A stretch of DNA of 64,000 bases from positions 372,001 to 436,000 of the forward strand of contig JASTWF010000257.1 in assembly GCA_030390025.1 (NCBI GenBank), read 5' to 3'. This document shows, in pieces, positions 60,754 to 64,000 of this stretch (positions are counted from its first letter, which is position 1; every line of letters starts with the position of its first letter). Below the pieces are notes generated by a model, which saw only the letters and a list, made by a program, of their open reading frames with translations, did no database searches and was not told the origin of the DNA. Position numbers and translations under genes: made by a program. The stretch comes from Squalus acanthias (taxonomy: Eukaryota).

Positions 60754-63700
60754 ATGGTCCATGTTGGTACCAATGACATAGATAGGACAAGGAAAGAGGT
60801 TCTGCTGAGGGAGTTTGAGCAGCTAGGGGCCAAATTAAAAAGCAGAACCTCGAGGGTAATAATCTCTGGATTACTACCTGAGCCACGAGCAAATTTGGCT
60901 AGGGTAAATAAAATCAGGGAGTTGAATGCGTGGCTCAAAGACTGGTGTGGGAAAAATGGGTTTTGCTTCTTGGGACACTGGCACCAGTACTGGGGCAGGA
61001 GAGAGCTGTTCCGTTGGGACGGACGTCACTTGGCCAGTGCTGGGACTAATGTCCTGGCGAATCGAATAACTGGGGCTGTGGAGAGGGCTTTAAACTAATT
61101 AGTGGGGGGGAGGTTACAAGAGAGCAAAAAATAAAAATGACAACAGAGAGGGTCATAGACATAGGTAGCAGTAGGGGAATCACAAATCAGAGCGTGGCAG
61201 GAAGGGACAGAGTGTGTGGAGTAAAAGGTAAAGTGGTAAAAAGTGAAAAGCAGGAACTAAGTGCCACAAAGCATATTTGAAAGTTCTCTATCTGAATGCA
61301 CGTAGCATTCGTAACAAAATAGACGAGTTAATGGCACAAATAACTACATATGGTTATGATATTGTGGCCATTACAGAAACATGGCTGCAGGGTGACAATG
61401 CCCGGGAATTAAACATACCAGGTTATTTAACGATCAGGAAGGACAGGCAGGAAGGAAGGGGAGGTGGGGTGGCTATGTTAATAAAGGAAGGAATCACTGT
61501 AATACAGAGTAATGATATTGGGTCAAAAAATCATGATAATGAAACAGTTTGGGTGGAGATAAGGAATAATAAGGGGAAAAAAACACTAGTGGGTGTAGTC
61601 TATAGGCCTCCGAACAGTTGCAACTCTGTTGGACGGAGTATCAATCAGGAAATAGTTGAGGCATGTAATAAGGGAACATCTATAATTATGGGGGATTTTA
61701 ACTATCATATTAATTGGACAAATCAAATGGGGCAGGGCTGCCTTGAGGATGAGTTCATTGAGTGTATTAGGGATGGGTTTCTTGAGCAGTATGTAACTGA
61801 ACCGACCAGGGGGCAAGCAACCTTAGATCTGGTCCTGTGTAACGAGACAGGATTAATTAAAAATGTCCTAGTAAAGGATCCCCTTGGAATGAGTGACCAT
61901 AACATGGTTGAATTCCATATTCAATTAGAGGGTGAGAAGGTTGGATCTCAAACAAGCGTGCTAAGCTTGAATAAAGGAGACTATGAAGGTAAGCGAGCGG
62001 AATTGAGTAGAGTGGATTGGGAAAATAGATTAAAGGGTAAGACGACACATGATCAGTGGTGTACATTCAAGGAGTTATTTTACAACTTCCAAAAAAATAT
62101 ATTCCACTGAAAAGAAAAGGGTGTAAAAGAAAGGACAGTCATCCGTGGCTAAGTAAAGAAATTAAGGATAGTATTCGACTAAAAACAAGGGCATATAAGG
62201 TAGCGAAATCTAGTGGGAGGACAGAGGATTGGGAAAACTTTAAAAGGCAGCAAAAAATAACAAAAAGATTGATTAAGAAAGGGAAGATAGATTATGAAAG
62301 TAAATTAGCAAAAAATATAAAAACAGATAGTAAGAGTTTTTTATAGTTATATAAAAAGAAAAAGGGTGGCTAAAGTAAATGTTGGTCCCTTAGAGGATGA
62401 GACCGGGAAATTAATGGTGGGAAATATGGAGATGGCAAAAACACTGAATGAATATTTTGTATCAGTCTTTACAGTAGAGGACACTAAGAATATCCCAACA
62501 CTGGACAAACAGGGGGCTATAGGGGGAGAGGAGCTAAACACGATCAAAATCACTAAGGAAGTGGTACTCGGTAAAATAATGGGACTCAAGGCGGATAAAT
62601 CACCTGGACCTGATGGCTTACATCCTAGAGTCTTGAAGGAAGTGGCGGTAGGGATTGTAGATGCATTGGTAATAATTTTTCAAAACTCCCTGGATTCCGC
62701 TAAGGTCCCGGCAGACTGGAAAACTGCTAATGTAACACCCTTATTTAAAAAGGGCAGTAGACAGAAGGCTGGTAACTATAGCCTAACATCTGTGGTAGGT
62801 AAAATTTTGGAGTCCATTATTAAGGAAACAGTAACAGGACATTTGGATAATCATAATTTAATAGGACAAAGTCAGCATGGTTTTACGAAGGGGAAGTCAT
62901 GTTTGACAAATTTGCTGGAGTTCTTTGAGAAAGTAACATATAGAGTGGATAAAGGGGAACCAGTAGACGTAGTGTATTTAGACTTCCAAAAGGCATTTGA
63001 CAAGGTGCCACACAAAAGATTATTGCTTAAGGTAAAAAATCACGGGATTGGGGGTAATATTCTGGCATGGATAGAGGATTGGCTATCTAACAGAAAGCAA
63101 AGAGTTGGGATAAATGGTTCATTCTCAGACTGGCAATCAGTAACTAGTGGTGTTCCACAGGGGTCAGTGCTGGGTCCCCAACTCTTTACAATCTATATTA
63201 ACGATTTGGAGGAAGGGACCAAGTGTAACATATCAAAATTTGCAGATGATACTAAGATGGGAGGGAAAGTAGTGAGTGAGGAGGACATAAAAAACCTGCA
63301 AGGGGACATAGACAGGCTAAGTAAGTGGGCAGAGATTTGGCAGATGGAATACAACACTGGAAAGTGTGAGGTGATGCACTTTGGCAGGAAAAATCCTAGA
63401 GCAATTTATTATCTTAATGGCAAGAAACTGGAGAGTACTGAAGTGCAAAGGGATCTGGGGGTCCTGGTGCACGAAACTCAAAAGGTTAGTATGCAGGTGC
63501 AGCAAGTGATTAAGAAGGCAAATGGAATGTTGGCTTTCATTGCTAGGGGGATAGAATATAAAAATAGGGAGGTATTGCTTCAGTTGTACAAGGTATTGGT
63601 GAGACCGCACCTGGAATACTGCATACAGTTTTGGTGTCCTTACTTAAGGAAAGACATCCTTGCTCTCGAGGCAGTGCAAAAAAGGTTCACTCGGTTAATC

Positions 63701-64000
63701 CCGGGGATGAGGGGGTGGTCATATGAGGAGAGGTTGTGTAGATTGGGACTCTACTCATTGGAGTTCAGAAGAATGAGAGGCGATCTTATTGAAACATATA
63801 AGATTGTGAAGGGGTTGGATCGGGTGGATGCGGGGAGGATGTTCCCGATGACGGGTGAGACTAGAACTAGGGGACATAGTCTTAGAATAAGGGGCTGCTC
63901 TTTCAAAACTGAGATGAGGAGGAACTACTTCACTCAGAGGGTGGTAGGTCCATGGAATATGCTGCCACAAAAAGCTGTAGAAGCTACATCATTAAATAAA
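60754..64000 (+). mobile_element. Young, long CR1 LINE: 3' half of ORF1 (SGNH/GDSL esterase-like) plus ORF2 (APE endonuclease and RT), running off the window
   Basis: ORF1: VHVGTND...IISGLLP...DGRHL, stop at 61098. ORF2: YLNARSIRNK, AITETWL, GGGVA, GVVYRPP, MGDFN, LDLV, SDH, then [27 protein letters not shown]. Frameshifts near 62095 and 62340. Confidence 0.97.
61277..64000 (+). pseudogene. CR1 ORF2 (endonuclease/reverse transcriptase), frameshifted
   Basis: Three consecutive reading-frame segments (61277-62110, 62056-62346, ~62342-end). An apparent 9-nt deletion removes RPV from the NYRPVSLTS motif at ~62780. Confidence 0.88.

Noticed and set aside
28562-60776. Very long ORFs (up to 1095 aa) of GVCQYLQGVPGSVSVFTGGPWECVSIYRGSL repeats
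   Set aside because: The 31-nt unit has no plus-strand stop in any frame, so all three frames give the same peptide. Frame-breaking indels are frequent, which shows no coding constraint.

Overview
Eukaryotic vertebrate genomic DNA, most likely a cartilaginous fish (shark). This is inferred from DeuSINE/SacSINE-type SINEs and the CR1/L2 families present. The only host gene I can support is tapasin (TAPBP) on the minus strand. It has five coding exons (28041-27823, 23403-23131, 19780-19439, 10032-9709, 6163-6062), all with GT-AG phase-1 junctions, that splice to 420 codons: N-domain, IgV, IgC1 and a TM segment with the conserved Lys. The signal-peptide exon and the cytoplasmic-tail exon(s) were not found. 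About three quarters of the window is tandem repeat: a 36-bp unit (two arrays), 53-bp, 33-bp and 70-bp units, and a ~32-kb array of a 31-bp unit. Four of these five units visibly grew out of an internal segment of a transposon copy (L2 ORF2, CR1 3'UTR, DeuSINE, Tc1/mariner-like MITE). The rest is CR1 LINE fragments (one nearly full-length at the right end), SINEs, MITEs and two N gaps. Nearly all long ORFs in the supplied track are artefacts of stop-free repeat units. There is no CRISPR array, and I cannot support a new biological system. The most notable points are a tapasin lacking the ERp57-binding Cys95 while keeping an IgV disulfide, and repeated TE-seeded minisatellite expansion around one immune gene.
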